A program made the translations under genes and the position numbers. The notes under the pieces were generated by a model that was given only the letters and a program-made list of their open reading frames with translations, made no database searches and was not told the DNA's origin. Positions 1 to 9,909 of a stretch of DNA of 62,952 nt are shown here, one piece after another. The stretch's first letter is position 1. The number at the start of each line of letters is the position of its first letter. The stretch is from Desulfobacterales bacterium (lineage in GTDB: Bacteria > Desulfobacterota > Desulfobacteria > Desulfobacterales > UBA5616), in NCBI GenBank assembly GCA_046483495.1, contig JAWODC010000021.1, forward strand, positions 1 through 62,952, read 5' to 3'.

Positions 1-9
1 TTGACCTCC

Positions 10-78
10 TTGGGGTAACTTTTTAGTGGATTTGTGTGGTTTGGGGTAACTTGCATGAATAATTACCCCAATTACCCC
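10..78. repeat. Four copies of a TTGGGGTAA(C/T)T motif (two direct, two inverted); candidate integrase arm-type sites
   Basis: ttggggtaactt at 10-21 and 41-52; inverted aattaccccaa at 61-71 and attacccc at 71-78; about 105 bp past the tmRNA 3' end. Confidence 0.6.
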
Positions 79-117
79 TGGATGTCAATGGCTTTTATAG
101 GACGGTGTCGGACTAAC

Positions 118-150
118 AGAAACAAAAAAACCCTTAGGTTATAAGGGTTT
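118..150 (-). terminator. Hairpin plus T-tract downstream of ssrA
   Basis: Stem aaaccctta/taagggttt (128-150) followed on the minus strand by ttttgtttct. Confidence 0.5.
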
Positions 151-183
151 CTGTACTACATTGGATTTTGTTGGATTGATGTT

Positions 184-538
184 TGGTGGAGGCGGCGGGA
201 GTCGAACCCGCGTCCGCGAACATTCCACACAGGCGTCTACATACTTATCCTGAAATTTGATTTTCATCGTTTCAACCTCCTTCAGGCTGGATGTTCAAAC
301 GATTATCCTGTTTGGTTTAACCGGTTCCCCAACAGGCAATGAGAACCGGCGGACCTGCTAGTCGACGCCCATGTCGGGGCCGCAGGCATCTCCCCGACCG
401 GACGGAAGCCGTCTTAAGCGGCTACAGCGTAATTATAATCGTCTGCGATTATGTTTATTTCCCGTCGTTTAACGAGCGGACAGGAAGCTCGGTATGCAAC
501 CTGAGTTTCTATATCCCCGTCGAAGCCGTTTCGCCCCC
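184..538 (-). ncRNA. ssrA: tmRNA; tag peptide (A)ADDYNYAVAA* encoded at 446..414
   Basis: Minus strand starts GGGGGCGAAACGGCTTCGAC and ends with a T-arm GGGTTCGACTCCCGCCGCCTCCACCA; internal tag ORF ends in AA-stop; adjacent to smpB. Confidence 0.97.
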
Positions 539-617
539 CGAGAATTGATGTTAAAGAACAAATTTGATACAAATTTAAAGCACATATGACCATTTGTCAA
601 GCCCGCATGATTCCTTT

Positions 618-1079
618 TTACTGATACTGCTTACGCACCCGGTCCAGATCACGGCGGCTGTCCCGCTGCTTGATGGATTCCCGCTTGTCATACATCCGCT
701 TTCCTTTGACCAGGGCGATCAGGACCTTTACCTTGCCGTTTTTAAAGTAGATCCGGAGGGGAACCAGGGAATGCCCTTTTTCGTTGACCTTTCCGTATAA
801 TTTCTTGATTTCCCGTTTGTGCAGCAGAAGCTTTCTCGGCCTCAACGGGTCGTGATTTCCATAATAGGCAAAGGGATACGGGCTGATATGCATCTGGTGG
901 AGGAAGACTTCCCCTTTCTCGATTTTGGCATAGGAATCCTTCAGGTTTGCCCTTCCGCCTCTTAAGGATTTCACCTCCGTCCCCGAAAGCGCCATTCCCG
1001 CTTCCACCTGGTCGATGATAAAATAATCGTGCCGGGCCTTCCGGTTTTCGGCAATGATTTTGATGCCTTCTGTTGCCAA
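618..1079 (-). CDS. smpB: SsrA-binding protein
   Basis: NRKARHDY, EAGMALSGTEVKSLR, RKLLLHKREI motifs; TTG start. Confidence 0.98.
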   Translation of the reverse strand: MATEGIKIIAENRKARHDYFIIDQVEAGMALSGTEVKSLRGGRANLKDSYAKIEKGEVFLHQMHISPYPFAYYGNHDPLRPRKLLLHKREIKKLYGKVNEKGHSLVPLRIYFKNGKVKVLIALVKGKRMYDKRESIKQRDSRRDLDRVRKQYQ

Positions 1080-1080
1080 G

Positions 1081-2904
1081 TCAATCCTTGATAATATCTT
1101 GCACCGGCTGATGCTCGGCGTAGATGTCTTGCGAAATAAGCCTGCCGTACGTGTCGGTTAACAGTTCCGTCACTTTTTTCGCCGTTTTTTGTTTCAGCAA
1201 ATCCTCCATGAAGAGCCGGGCATCGGACGCACTGATCAAGCGTATCAGCTGTTTTGCCGCCGGAATGGACTGCGGGTTCATGCTGAGTTCATCCAGGCCG
1301 AGGCCCAAAAGAATCGGAATGGCCAGCGGATCGCCTGCCATTTCACCGCACATGTATGTTTTGATCCCCTTTTTCTTGCTGACATCCGCCACGAATTTTA
1401 TCATTCGGATTACCGCAGGATTAAACGGCTGGTATAGATGCGCCACCTGCCGGTTTCCGCGATCAATGGCCAGGGAATATTGAATCAGGTCATTTGTTCC
1501 GATACTGAAGAAATCCACTTCATCGGCCATGATATCACACATGATTACCGCTGACGGGACCTCGATCATAATGCCGACCTGAATGTCCTTATCAAAGACC
1601 GTCCCCTCCTTGTCCAGTTCTTCGGAAACATCGTTTAAGATCCGTTTGGTCTCGATGATCTCTTCGAAATTGGATATCAGCGGCAGCAGAATTCTCACTT
1701 TCCCGAAAGCCGATGCCCGCAAAATCGCCCTCAGCTGTGTCTTGAACACATCCGGCTTCTTTAGGCAGTATCGAATCGCGCGAAGGCCTAAGGCAGGGTT
1801 GTCCTCCTGGGCATTCTGTGTGTACACCACCGCCTTGTCGCCGTTAATGTCGAGTGTTCGAATGGTAACGGGTTTCGGAGCGATGACCTCGACGACGTCC
1901 TTATACTTATCGAAAAGGTCGTTCTCGGAAGGAAAATACGGCCGGCTCAAATATTGGAATTCCGTTCGGTACAAACCGATACCGTCACCGCCGTAGTCAA
2001 TGACGGATACCACCTCCTCGGGCAACTCGATGTTGCCCATGACCTGCATCCGGACGCCGTCCACGGTTTCGGCCTCTACACGGCCGCCCCTGGCAATCGT
2101 GGCCTTCCGGTCTTCGTAGCGCCCCTTCTTTTCTTCATATTCGACCAGGGTTCTGTCCCTGGGATTGATAATAACGATTCCCTCGGTACCGTCCACGATG
2201 ATGACATCGTCATTGTGGATGGCATCGGTGGCATTGTCCAGGCCCAATACCGCCGGAATTTCAAGCGTGCGCGCGATAATGCTTGTGTGCGACGCTTTCC
2301 CCCCGCGGTTCGTGACGAACCCCTTGATCTTTTCCAAACGAATCTGGCTGGTGTCCGTCGGCGACAAATCGTGGGCCACCAGGATAACCCGCTTGTCGAT
2401 GTCCCTGATGTTGACCATGTTCGAACCCGTCAAGTTTCGCATGATCCTGTCGGATACATGACCGATATCCGCAGAACGTTCCTTGAAATAATCGTCATCC
2501 ATGTTCCGGAATACCGTTCTGACATCGGCCGTTACCGACTTGAGCGCCCATTCGGCATTGACGTGCTCTTTTTCGATGGTTTCCAGGGTTTTGCCATAAA
2601 GCATCTTATCTTTCAGCAACGCTACATGTATTTCAAATATATTGGTGTGCTGCCGTATTTCTTCAGGCGTGTTCTCGATGATGGCCTTGAGTTCATCCCT
2701 GGCGCTTCGAACGGCCATCCGGAAGCGCTTCTTTTCCTGTTCGATCTTTTTTTCTTCGATAAAATACTTTTCAACGACGTCAACACCTTCCCTGTCGACG
2801 AGATATGCCTTTCCGATGCAAATCCCCGGGGAAGCGCCGATGCCGGTAATCACCATTTCCCTGTGCTGATCTCGTTTTGGTTTGTTTTTATTCTCCAAAG
2901 TCAT
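1081..2904 (-). CDS. ptsI: PTS enzyme I (PEP-protein phosphotransferase)
   Basis: GGKASHTSIIAR phospho-His motif, GIGLYRTEF, DFFSIGTNDLIQY, MCGEMAGD; start approximate. Confidence 0.96.
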   Translation of the reverse strand: MTLENKNKPKRDQHREMVITGIGASPGICIGKAYLVDREGVDVVEKYFIEEKKIEQEKKRFRMAVRSARDELKAIIENTPEEIRQHTNIFEIHVALLKDKMLYGKTLETIEKEHVNAEWALKSVTADVRTVFRNMDDDYFKERSADIGHVSDRIMRNLTGSNMVNIRDIDKRVILVAHDLSPTDTSQIRLEKIKGFVTNRGGKASHTSIIARTLEIPAVLGLDNATDAIHNDDVIIVDGTEGIVIINPRDRTLVEYEEKKGRYEDRKATIARGGRVEAETVDGVRMQVMGNIELPEEVVSVIDYGGDGIGLYRTEFQYLSRPYFPSENDLFDKYKDVVEVIAPKPVTIRTLDINGDKAVVYTQNAQEDNPALGLRAIRYCLKKPDVFKTQLRAILRASAFGKVRILLPLISNFEEIIETKRILNDVSEELDKEGTVFDKDIQVGIMIEVPSAVIMCDIMADEVDFFSIGTNDLIQYSLAIDRGNRQVAHLYQPFNPAVIRMIKFVADVSKKKGIKTYMCGEMAGDPLAIPILLGLGLDELSMNPQSIPAAKQLIRLISASDARLFMEDLLKQKTAKKVTELLTDTYGRLISQDIYAEHQPVQDIIKD

Positions 2905-3169
2905 CTTCAACCAATCTTGTAATTGATTCCAGTATATCCAGGTCCGATTGATTTTCAACCCTTACCGTAACGTGAGCCCCCTCTGCGCAACACATCGTCA
3001 ACATGTCGATCACGCTTGTGGCATCCACCATGCCATCGTCCGATTCAATCCACACTTTTGAGGTTGCGGTTTTCGCCAGATTCGCAATCATAGCGGCCGG
3101 CCTCGCGTGCAGGCCGAGTTTATTTTTAATCGTAACTTCTTTTGATAATAAAACAGGGCATTTAGCCAT
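2888..3169 (-). CDS. ptsH: Phosphocarrier HPr
   Basis: NKLGLHARPAA His15 motif; DATS Ser46 region. Confidence 0.95.
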   Translation of the reverse strand: MAKCPVLLSKEVTIKNKLGLHARPAAMIANLAKTATSKVWIESDDGMVDATSVIDMLTMCCAEGAHVTVRVENQSDLDILESITRLVEDDFGE

Positions 3170-3484
3170 AACAATGTCCGGATGTCAAAACTTTTTTGAA
3201 GTACAGCTGAAAAAACCGATGGGATTATGCCATCTCAAGAGACTTGTCGGATAGATGTCCCGATCGTTTGCCGTCCACCTCAGCCGGGCGGGTTTTCGGG
3301 TCCACTGCAGCGTGTATCGGTTGACTATATATGATGTTTTATAGGGTTTCAAGATGTATATCACACTTCTTGTCATGTTCCCGACGCCCCATGAATGAAA
3401 TAATTGACAAACATCACCGTAGTTGATACTCACATGTTCTCAAATTCAACTTCCTGATATGTTTAATTTTAAATGGAATAGCCG

Positions 3485-4135
3485 ATGGAAAAACAATTTC
3501 TGATCGATGACTTGAAACTGGGCGAATCCTGGCGGTTGTTTAAAATCATGGGAGAGTTTGTCGACGGGGTTGAAACCCTTCATGATTTGGGGCCGGCCGT
3601 CAGCATTTTCGGATCTGCAAGAATTCAACCGGGAGACCCGATTTACCAAAAAACGGAAAAAATCGCCTCACTTTTTGCCAAAAATAAATTTGCGGTGATA
3701 ACCGGCGGAGGCGGAGGCGTCATGGAAGCCGCTAATAAGGGTGCAACAGAAGCCGGCGGTGTATCCGTAGGATTGAATATCCGCCTGCCTTTCGAGCAGA
3801 TCCCGAATACGTATTCCACAATCAAACTCGAGTTTAAATATTTTTTCATTCGAAAGGTGATGTTTATCAAATATGCAGCCGCTTATATCGCCATGCCCGG
3901 CGGTTTCGGAACGCTTGATGAGCTGTTCGAAGTGGTCACACTGATTCAAACACAGCGTATTAAGCCGTTTCCCATCATCCTGGTGGGAAGCGATTACTGG
4001 ACAAACCTTCTGGAATGGGTCAAATCGAGTCTTCTGACATCGAAAATGGTGGGTCCTCAGGATCTTGATATTATTCAGATATTGGATGATCCCGAAGAAA
4101 TTGTAAAGACGGTGCAACGGGTCGTCATTGTGTAG
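3485..4135 (+). CDS. LOG family (TIGR00730-like) nucleotide phosphoribohydrolase
   Basis: SIFGSAR, ITGGGGGVMEAAN, PGGFGTLDE motifs. Confidence 0.93.
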   Translation: MEKQFLIDDLKLGESWRLFKIMGEFVDGVETLHDLGPAVSIFGSARIQPGDPIYQKTEKIASLFAKNKFAVITGGGGGVMEAANKGATEAGGVSVGLNIRLPFEQIPNTYSTIKLEFKYFFIRKVMFIKYAAAYIAMPGGFGTLDELFEVVTLIQTQRIKPFPIILVGSDYWTNLLEWVKSSLLTSKMVGPQDLDIIQILDDPEEIVKTVQRVVIV

Positions 4136-4138
4136 TGC

Positions 4139-5041
4139 TCACACCGACTCCGTTTTCATTCCTTCAAGAAACAGCATAAATGCCTCCCCCAGCGGCGAAA
4201 GGCTTCGGAGCTTATGGTGCGCCAGGTAAAAACTGCGTTTTAAGTTCATTCCTTTTACCCTCAATGCCTGCAGGGTACCGGAATTCAATTCGTCCGCTAT
4301 GGCAATCGCCGATATAATGGAAATCCCGACGTGCTGTTTTACTCCCTGAATAACGGCCGTCGTGGACCCCATTTCAGCGGCGATCTTAAGATTTTCCATA
4401 CTGAGATTCATTTCTTCCAGCCGGTTGTTGATGGATTTGAGCGTACCCGAACCTTTTTCTCGGACAATAAACGGCTCTTCGAGCAGATCGTGAAGTTCAA
4501 TCGCTTTTCGATTCGCCCATTTATGCTCAGGCGGAATGATCAGGTGCATGTCATCATCCAACAATTTCCGCTGCACAATTTTTTTGTTGCCGGTAACTGC
4601 ACCCACGATGCCGATTTCAAGCTCCCCGGATAAGATCTCTGCGATAATGAATTCCGTATCACCCACCGTCAACGAAACCGTTACTTCAGGGTAATGTACG
4701 TTGAATTCGCCGATCAACCGGGGCAGAATATAGCCGCCTGGAATCGTGCTGCCGCCAATGGCGAGACGGCCTTTGATTTTTCCCTGAAATTCGGCCATGG
4801 CGCTTTCCGTTGCATCGCGCATGGCCAGCAGTTTTCGTGCATACCGATACAGCAGATCGCCGGCTTTTGTAGGAAGAGCTTCCTTTCCCAGCCTGTCAAT
4901 CAAAACACAACCGAAGTGATCTTCCAGGTCTTTTATATGGCTGCTGACAGTGGGTTGGGATAAGTGTACAGCCGAGCCGGCCTTTGAAAAGCTCTTCTGC
5001 TCCACCACCCTGCAAAATACATGAAGCTGCCACAAATCCAT
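4139..5041 (-). CDS. LysR-family regulator (CysL-like)
   Basis: N-terminal HTH SFSKAGSAVHLSQPTVSSHIKDLE; REKGSGT effector-domain motif. Confidence 0.93.
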   Translation of the reverse strand: MDLWQLHVFCRVVEQKSFSKAGSAVHLSQPTVSSHIKDLEDHFGCVLIDRLGKEALPTKAGDLLYRYARKLLAMRDATESAMAEFQGKIKGRLAIGGSTIPGGYILPRLIGEFNVHYPEVTVSLTVGDTEFIIAEILSGELEIGIVGAVTGNKKIVQRKLLDDDMHLIIPPEHKWANRKAIELHDLLEEPFIVREKGSGTLKSINNRLEEMNLSMENLKIAAEMGSTTAVIQGVKQHVGISIISAIAIADELNSGTLQALRVKGMNLKRSFYLAHHKLRSLSPLGEAFMLFLEGMKTESV

Positions 5042-5070
5042 TCTGTACCGCCTGCCTTCTCTTCTTGTAA

Positions 5071-5085
5071 ATCGATTCTATCAAT
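5071..5085. promoter_or_regulatory. Candidate LysR autoregulatory box (T-N11-A dyad)
   Basis: atcgattctatcaat about 30 bp upstream of the LysR start. Confidence 0.35.
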
Positions 5086-5300
5086 AGTGTTTAATACTTA
5101 TATCTATATAAAAGAGTGCAAATTGTCAACGTATTCAACGATTGGCGGACAAGAAAAAAGGCATGAATCAGCGCCTTAACCCTGAACAGGAAAATCCACA
5201 GCAGGTAAAAACCCTTGAATAAAAAGCCGTCCTGTGCAAAAACGTTATGGAAAGTTGAAAAGGAAAATGCCCCCGCTGGTTGGAAGGTTTGCTGACCTTT

Positions 5301-5345
5301 CTGCTCACTGTTCACCGTTTGCCGGTGTTCACCGTTCACGATTTA
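5301..5345. repeat. Degenerate heptamer tandem repeat (ccgttca-like)
   Basis: ctgctca ctgttca ccgtttg ... ttca ccgttca cgattta. Confidence 0.45.
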
Positions 5346-5366
5346 CACGCGTTCGGGAGGTTATCT

Positions 5367-6392
5367 ATGGACTCGCTGTTTACAAGAAGAGATTCGGAAT
5401 CGGTGCTGCTTGATTTCATGAATGAATTCAAGGAAAAGACCATCCCGCTGGAAATCCGGACGGATCGATTTACGGACTGCACCTCCCGCATTTTGCAGTT
5501 TCGTTACAAACTGCCGGACACCTCCCTGGACAATGCTGCGATTGAAAAATCAAAAGAAACGTGTCCGTTTTGTCCGGAATTGAGGGATTCCTTTACCCCG
5601 AAATTTTCGTCGGCCGTTGCACCGGAAGGGCGGATTGTTCACAACGGCGCCACGGTGTTGCCGAATGCGTTTCCATACAGCCGTTACTGCGGCGTCACCC
5701 TGTTTTCGGACGACCATTTCCTGGCCCTTGACCAATTTACTTCGGATATTCTTTACAATGCTTTTTGTGCGGGCCTCATCTATATCGATCGCGTTAAAAA
5801 GAGCGACCCCGCCGTGATGCACGCATCCATTAACTGGAATTACTTAATGAGTGCGGGCGGCGGATTGTACCACCCGCACCTGCAGGTGGTTGCCAATCGA
5901 CAGCCTTCACATTTTCACAAGCACCTCCTGGATGCCTCCGTCGCGTACCAGAACACATCCAACCGAAATTACTGGCGGGACTTGTCCGATTACGAAAAAC
6001 GAAAACAGGAGCGGTATCTTTTCACAGAAGGCAATATCCCGTTTTTTTCCGTATTCAGTCCCCGGGGTATGTTCGGCGAAATTCTGGCGCTTTTCACCGA
6101 CATGTCCTGCATGGGTGACATCTCGGAAGCGGACTGGAAATCTTTTTCAAGCGGTCTTTCCCGGATTCTGCGGTGTCTGCATCGGTTGAACCTGAACAGC
6201 CTCAATATGAGCCTCCTCCTCAACCGGGAGGCATGCCGCGGTTTCTGGATACAGGCCCGCATCACACCCCGAATGAGCCTGCCGCCTTGGGGGACGAGCG
6301 ATGTCAATTATTTCGAAAAGGGGCATGATGAAATTATCGTGGTCATGCCCCCGGAGATATTGGCTGAAGAAATAAAAGGGGAAAAAAGATAA
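5367..6392 (+). CDS. GalT/HIT-superfamily nucleotidylyltransferase
   Basis: CPFCP Zn site, PNAFPY, HPHLQ (HxHxQ) catalytic motif; GGGAGG RBS before ATG 5367. Confidence 0.85.
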   Translation: MDSLFTRRDSESVLLDFMNEFKEKTIPLEIRTDRFTDCTSRILQFRYKLPDTSLDNAAIEKSKETCPFCPELRDSFTPKFSSAVAPEGRIVHNGATVLPNAFPYSRYCGVTLFSDDHFLALDQFTSDILYNAFCAGLIYIDRVKKSDPAVMHASINWNYLMSAGGGLYHPHLQVVANRQPSHFHKHLLDASVAYQNTSNRNYWRDLSDYEKRKQERYLFTEGNIPFFSVFSPRGMFGEILALFTDMSCMGDISEADWKSFSSGLSRILRCLHRLNLNSLNMSLLLNREACRGFWIQARITPRMSLPPWGTSDVNYFEKGHDEIIVVMPPEILAEEIKGEKR

Positions 6393-6410
6393 TGTAACAG
6401 GTAAATCACG

Positions 6411-6442
6411 ACCCATCACCCATAGCCCATCACCCATAACCC
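6411..6442. repeat. Heptamer tandem repeat (acccatc/acccata) between convergent genes
   Basis: acccatc acccata gcccatc acccata accc. Confidence 0.6.
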
Positions 6443-6448
6443 CGCTTT

Positions 6449-7921
6449 TTACCCATGCATCTTGTGGTAAAACGCCACCATATCAGCGACATTGAATGCG
6501 GAATCCACGGCTTGGTGCGTTCCGCAGCCGTAACCGCCGGCATCGCACCCCACGTAGAATAGCCCTCGGATGGGAGCGGCGGCGGCAGGTTTATGCTTTC
6601 CGCACTGCCCCACCACCTGTCCTAAACCAATACATTCACCCCCGATTTTCGGCAGCACCTGCTCCCTGGTAAGATCCGAAACATGCCGTGTGCCATACGT
6701 TTCCTTCGATTCCACACATTCGGAAAATCCCGGCCATATCCGTTCCATCATCCCGTCTATCTTACGCCACCAATCCTCTGTCCGGGGCATATCCGGATCA
6801 GCCGGGCACAGGGTGGAACTTAGTACACACTGTTTTCCCGAAGGCGCCAGTTCAGGGTCGAAATTCGAAGGCATTACGTTGAAGATGAGAAGCTCCTCCG
6901 GCACCTCGCCCTTTTTGGCCCGCATGCTTCTTTCGGTGTTGACATAGCTATCATCCGAAAAGGCGATGTTGAAGGCTTCCTTGAAAAAGGGCTTATTCAA
7001 GTAATAACGGGTTCCCATCAGGGCAAGAGAGGGCACCAGGTCTTTTACCCGGTTTACATACCCCCTGTCGAAATGCTCTTCGCCGACGAGCTTGAGCACC
7101 GTCGGTTGTATCCCGGCATTACTCACCACGATGGGTGCTGAAAATGTTCCATTGTTCGATTGCACGCCCCTGACCTGTCCGTTTTCAACGATGATCTTCT
7201 CTGCCCGGGTCCGGTAGCCGACCGTTCCGCCCAGTTTTTCGAATGCTTCCACGCATCTTTCAAACAGACGCCCATATCCGCCCTTGGAGTAATAGCCGGC
7301 GCTGTTGGCCATCATGTCCCGGCTGGTTTTAATAAACTCGGAGGCCGCCACCTGGTCGATGGGCACCACGTACACGATATTGGACTGCATGGCCAGCATG
7401 GAATAAAAGGGAGTGGGCAGGTTGTACCGGCTGACATAATCGTGGTACGTGATATCATCGAGCTGATCGATATCGTACGGCGTCAATGCAGCGGTTTCCG
7501 TTGCAAACCGAATGATTGCTTCCAGGCCTTCCTCATCGATTCCAAGCCACTTCATCTGAGCCATCATGGCTTCCGGATTCGGCGGCGTGTTCGGTTCCGG
7601 CCGGTTTGACACATACGCCTGGTAAACGCCGTTCTTATCCGGATAGTACATGGCATTGTGAATGGTATGTTCGGTCAATCCGGATGAAAGCCCCAGCTGT
7701 GCCAATATTTCCTCGAACCGGCTGTTGTACATGGGGCCGCCGGTCACCGGCCACAGTTCGTATGTAAAACCGTCTTTGTTTACCGTCATGGCCTTGCCGC
7801 CGGCCCTGTTGTTTTGTTCGATCAACAGCGTTTTCAATCCGCCTTTGGCCAGAAGCGCGGCGCATGGAGCACCGCCGGGGCCCGCACCGATGACAATGGC
7901 ATCAAACTGATTTTGCGTCAT
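6449..7921 (-). CDS. Phytoene desaturase/CrtISO/RetSat-family FAD oxidoreductase (COG1233)
   Basis: DAIVIGAGPGG Rossmann motif, RAGGKA, KGGYGRL, C-terminal IRGLFYVG. Confidence 0.88.
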   Translation of the reverse strand: MTQNQFDAIVIGAGPGGAPCAALLAKGGLKTLLIEQNNRAGGKAMTVNKDGFTYELWPVTGGPMYNSRFEEILAQLGLSSGLTEHTIHNAMYYPDKNGVYQAYVSNRPEPNTPPNPEAMMAQMKWLGIDEEGLEAIIRFATETAALTPYDIDQLDDITYHDYVSRYNLPTPFYSMLAMQSNIVYVVPIDQVAASEFIKTSRDMMANSAGYYSKGGYGRLFERCVEAFEKLGGTVGYRTRAEKIIVENGQVRGVQSNNGTFSAPIVVSNAGIQPTVLKLVGEEHFDRGYVNRVKDLVPSLALMGTRYYLNKPFFKEAFNIAFSDDSYVNTERSMRAKKGEVPEELLIFNVMPSNFDPELAPSGKQCVLSSTLCPADPDMPRTEDWWRKIDGMMERIWPGFSECVESKETYGTRHVSDLTREQVLPKIGGECIGLGQVVGQCGKHKPAAAAPIRGLFYVGCDAGGYGCGTHQAVDSAFNVADMVAFYHKMHG

Positions 7922-8108
7922 GGCATTCTCCTTATGATTGAAGGTTTAAACCGGCAGTTTATATGATGAAATCCTTCGATGATCCGTCTTCAGTGAGCGG
8001 GCGGCCGCAAGAACGGGGCGGAGGCGGGAAACCGGGGAGCGAAAAGACCGAACTGCATCTCGGACGCTTCGTTCCCCGGATAAGTGATGTCCAATTCAGA
8101 ATCAGAAA

Positions 8109-9815
8109 TCAGACGACCTGGATGGTATCCAGCTGATCCCAGATTTTGGCCATTTCGTCCGGATCGACACCGAACACATTGCCCAACGGCGCAACCGGCT
8201 CGGTTCTGACAAACTCCGGATCCGGTTCATTCAGCGTATGAAATCCTGATTTTTTGTTGAATTCGACTTCATCCCTTAGGGTTTGACGGCCGAGATTGAT
8301 CAGGTCCTCTATTTCCAGATCAGTGCCATATCGGGCATTCAGCAGGTTCTTGAGAAATTCGAGGGTCTTTACCTTGTCCCCGGGGGTGGCGAAATAACAA
8401 TATCCCAGTGCATCTTTGGCCGCACTGTAGATCTGTTCTTTGAGCGAACTCTCTACCGCCCCCTCATTGCTCATGAAATCCCCGCCATAGCAAAGCCCGG
8501 CCGTATGGTCGGCCCCCATGGGGCTGGTATGATAGGTGACACCCGTTCCTTTGCCCACCCGGGGGTCATGGGCGGGTATGGCCTGGCCTTTGAATGCGGG
8601 GATTCTGTCCACGCCAAGGGCCTTGGCGGTGGCTACGACGCCGTTTGCCAGGATGTTGCCGAATTCCGTCCCCTGTTCGATCTCGTTCAAAAGCCCATAG
8701 ACTCCTTCGGGGTCGCCCATTTGTATCTTACCCGCTGCCGCTGCAACCCCCATGGCGGCGCCGCATTCAATACAGTCGATTCCCAGTTCATCACAAATAC
8801 GGTCGTAGTGGGCCACCACGTCCGGGTCGTTGATGCCCAGATTCGTACCGAGCAGCGCGGTCGCTTCATATTCGTAACTGGCCGTCAAATACTTTCCATC
8901 CTTGTCATGGAAGACGACGGAGCATTTCACGATGCAGCCGGGCATGCAGGCATCCATCTTGCCGCCGCGTTCTTTGTTGATGGCATCGATGCCCTGGCCG
9001 CTGATTTTCTCGACATCGAGCGGTTCACTGCCGTAGTTGAACACCGGCATGCTGCCGATGCTTCTCAGCATGGCGGAAGAGCATGCAGAGCCGTATGCAC
9101 TGAACATTTTAATCATCGGGTCGGTGGGCAGGTACCGAACCCAATCCTTTAACGTCGCCCTGAAGGCTTCCTTATCCGCCAGTTCAACAGGCGATGTTCC
9201 GCTTTCGTCCACGACAATGGCTTTAATGCCTTTTGCGCCCAAAACCGCCCCCACACCGCCGCGGGCGGCATGACGGGAGGTATGGCCGTCTTTATCGGTA
9301 AGATCGACGGCAGCCCCTGTCAGCTTTCTCTCTCCGACTACTCCGATGGATATGACCGCGGATTTGGGGTTGTATTTTTCATGAAGCTTTTCCACGAGGG
9401 CATAATTCTTCATGCCGGCATATTCGTCGGCATCCTCGAGCACCGCCCCGTTTTTGGACAAATGGAGCAGATGCAGTTTGCCGTCCTTAGGGGCGCCTTC
9501 GATGATTACGGCACGAATCCCGAGTTTGTCCAGTTTCTGAGCGGTGGGACCGCCGGAATTAGCCTCTTTTATGCCGTTGGTCAACGGACTTTTGGCGCCG
9601 ACCGAAATCCGGCCGCAGGACGGCGCCATTGTCCCCGCCAGCGGACCCGTAGCAATAATCAACTTGGCATCGGGCCCTAAAGGATCGGTTTCAGGAGGCA
9701 CCTCCTTGGTCAGTATCCTTGCCGTCAATCCCCTGCCCCCGAGAATTTTCCAGTCTTCCGGCAAATCTTCGAATGTTGCCGTCAAATCGGTCATATTTAC
9801 CCTCAGAATTTTCAT
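8109..9815 (-). CDS. Aldehyde:ferredoxin oxidoreductase (W/Mo-pterin AOR family)
   Basis: GAKSPLTNGIKEANSGG, AARGGVGAVLGAKGIKAI, CMPGCIVKC, YEYE, DELGIDCI, TSPMGADH. Confidence 0.95.
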   Translation of the reverse strand: MKILRVNMTDLTATFEDLPEDWKILGGRGLTARILTKEVPPETDPLGPDAKLIIATGPLAGTMAPSCGRISVGAKSPLTNGIKEANSGGPTAQKLDKLGIRAVIIEGAPKDGKLHLLHLSKNGAVLEDADEYAGMKNYALVEKLHEKYNPKSAVISIGVVGERKLTGAAVDLTDKDGHTSRHAARGGVGAVLGAKGIKAIVVDESGTSPVELADKEAFRATLKDWVRYLPTDPMIKMFSAYGSACSSAMLRSIGSMPVFNYGSEPLDVEKISGQGIDAINKERGGKMDACMPGCIVKCSVVFHDKDGKYLTASYEYEATALLGTNLGINDPDVVAHYDRICDELGIDCIECGAAMGVAAAAGKIQMGDPEGVYGLLNEIEQGTEFGNILANGVVATAKALGVDRIPAFKGQAIPAHDPRVGKGTGVTYHTSPMGADHTAGLCYGGDFMSNEGAVESSLKEQIYSAAKDALGYCYFATPGDKVKTLEFLKNLLNARYGTDLEIEDLINLGRQTLRDEVEFNKKSGFHTLNEPDPEFVRTEPVAPLGNVFGVDPDEMAKIWDQLDTIQVV

Positions 9816-9909
9816 AATCCGCTCCTTTCTATTTGATTCGCTTAGGCATTAGGACGATTGCATCCTTTCGCATCGGATCATCTCGATATGCAACCGTTTC
9901 AGACAGGAT

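Noticed and set aside
339..548. 69-aa plus-strand ORF
   Set aside because: Antisense to tmRNA, with no protein-like features.
1954..2922. Long plus-strand ORF (also 32419..33483, 34937..35845, 46599..47465, 8283..9152, 49711..50460)
   Set aside because: Antisense shadows of well-supported genes, with no motifs of their own.
3185..3440. Riboswitch (c-di-GMP-I-like GGCAAAC..GGGAC on the minus strand) or 82-aa ORF upstream of ptsH
   Set aside because: The spacing is too short for the P2 stem and no second hairpin is present; the ORF lacks an RBS and motifs.
4139..9815. Selenoprotein (UGA read-through) near the LysR and AOR genes
   Set aside because: The recognised genes appear full length, and I saw no split ORFs joined at an in-frame TGA.
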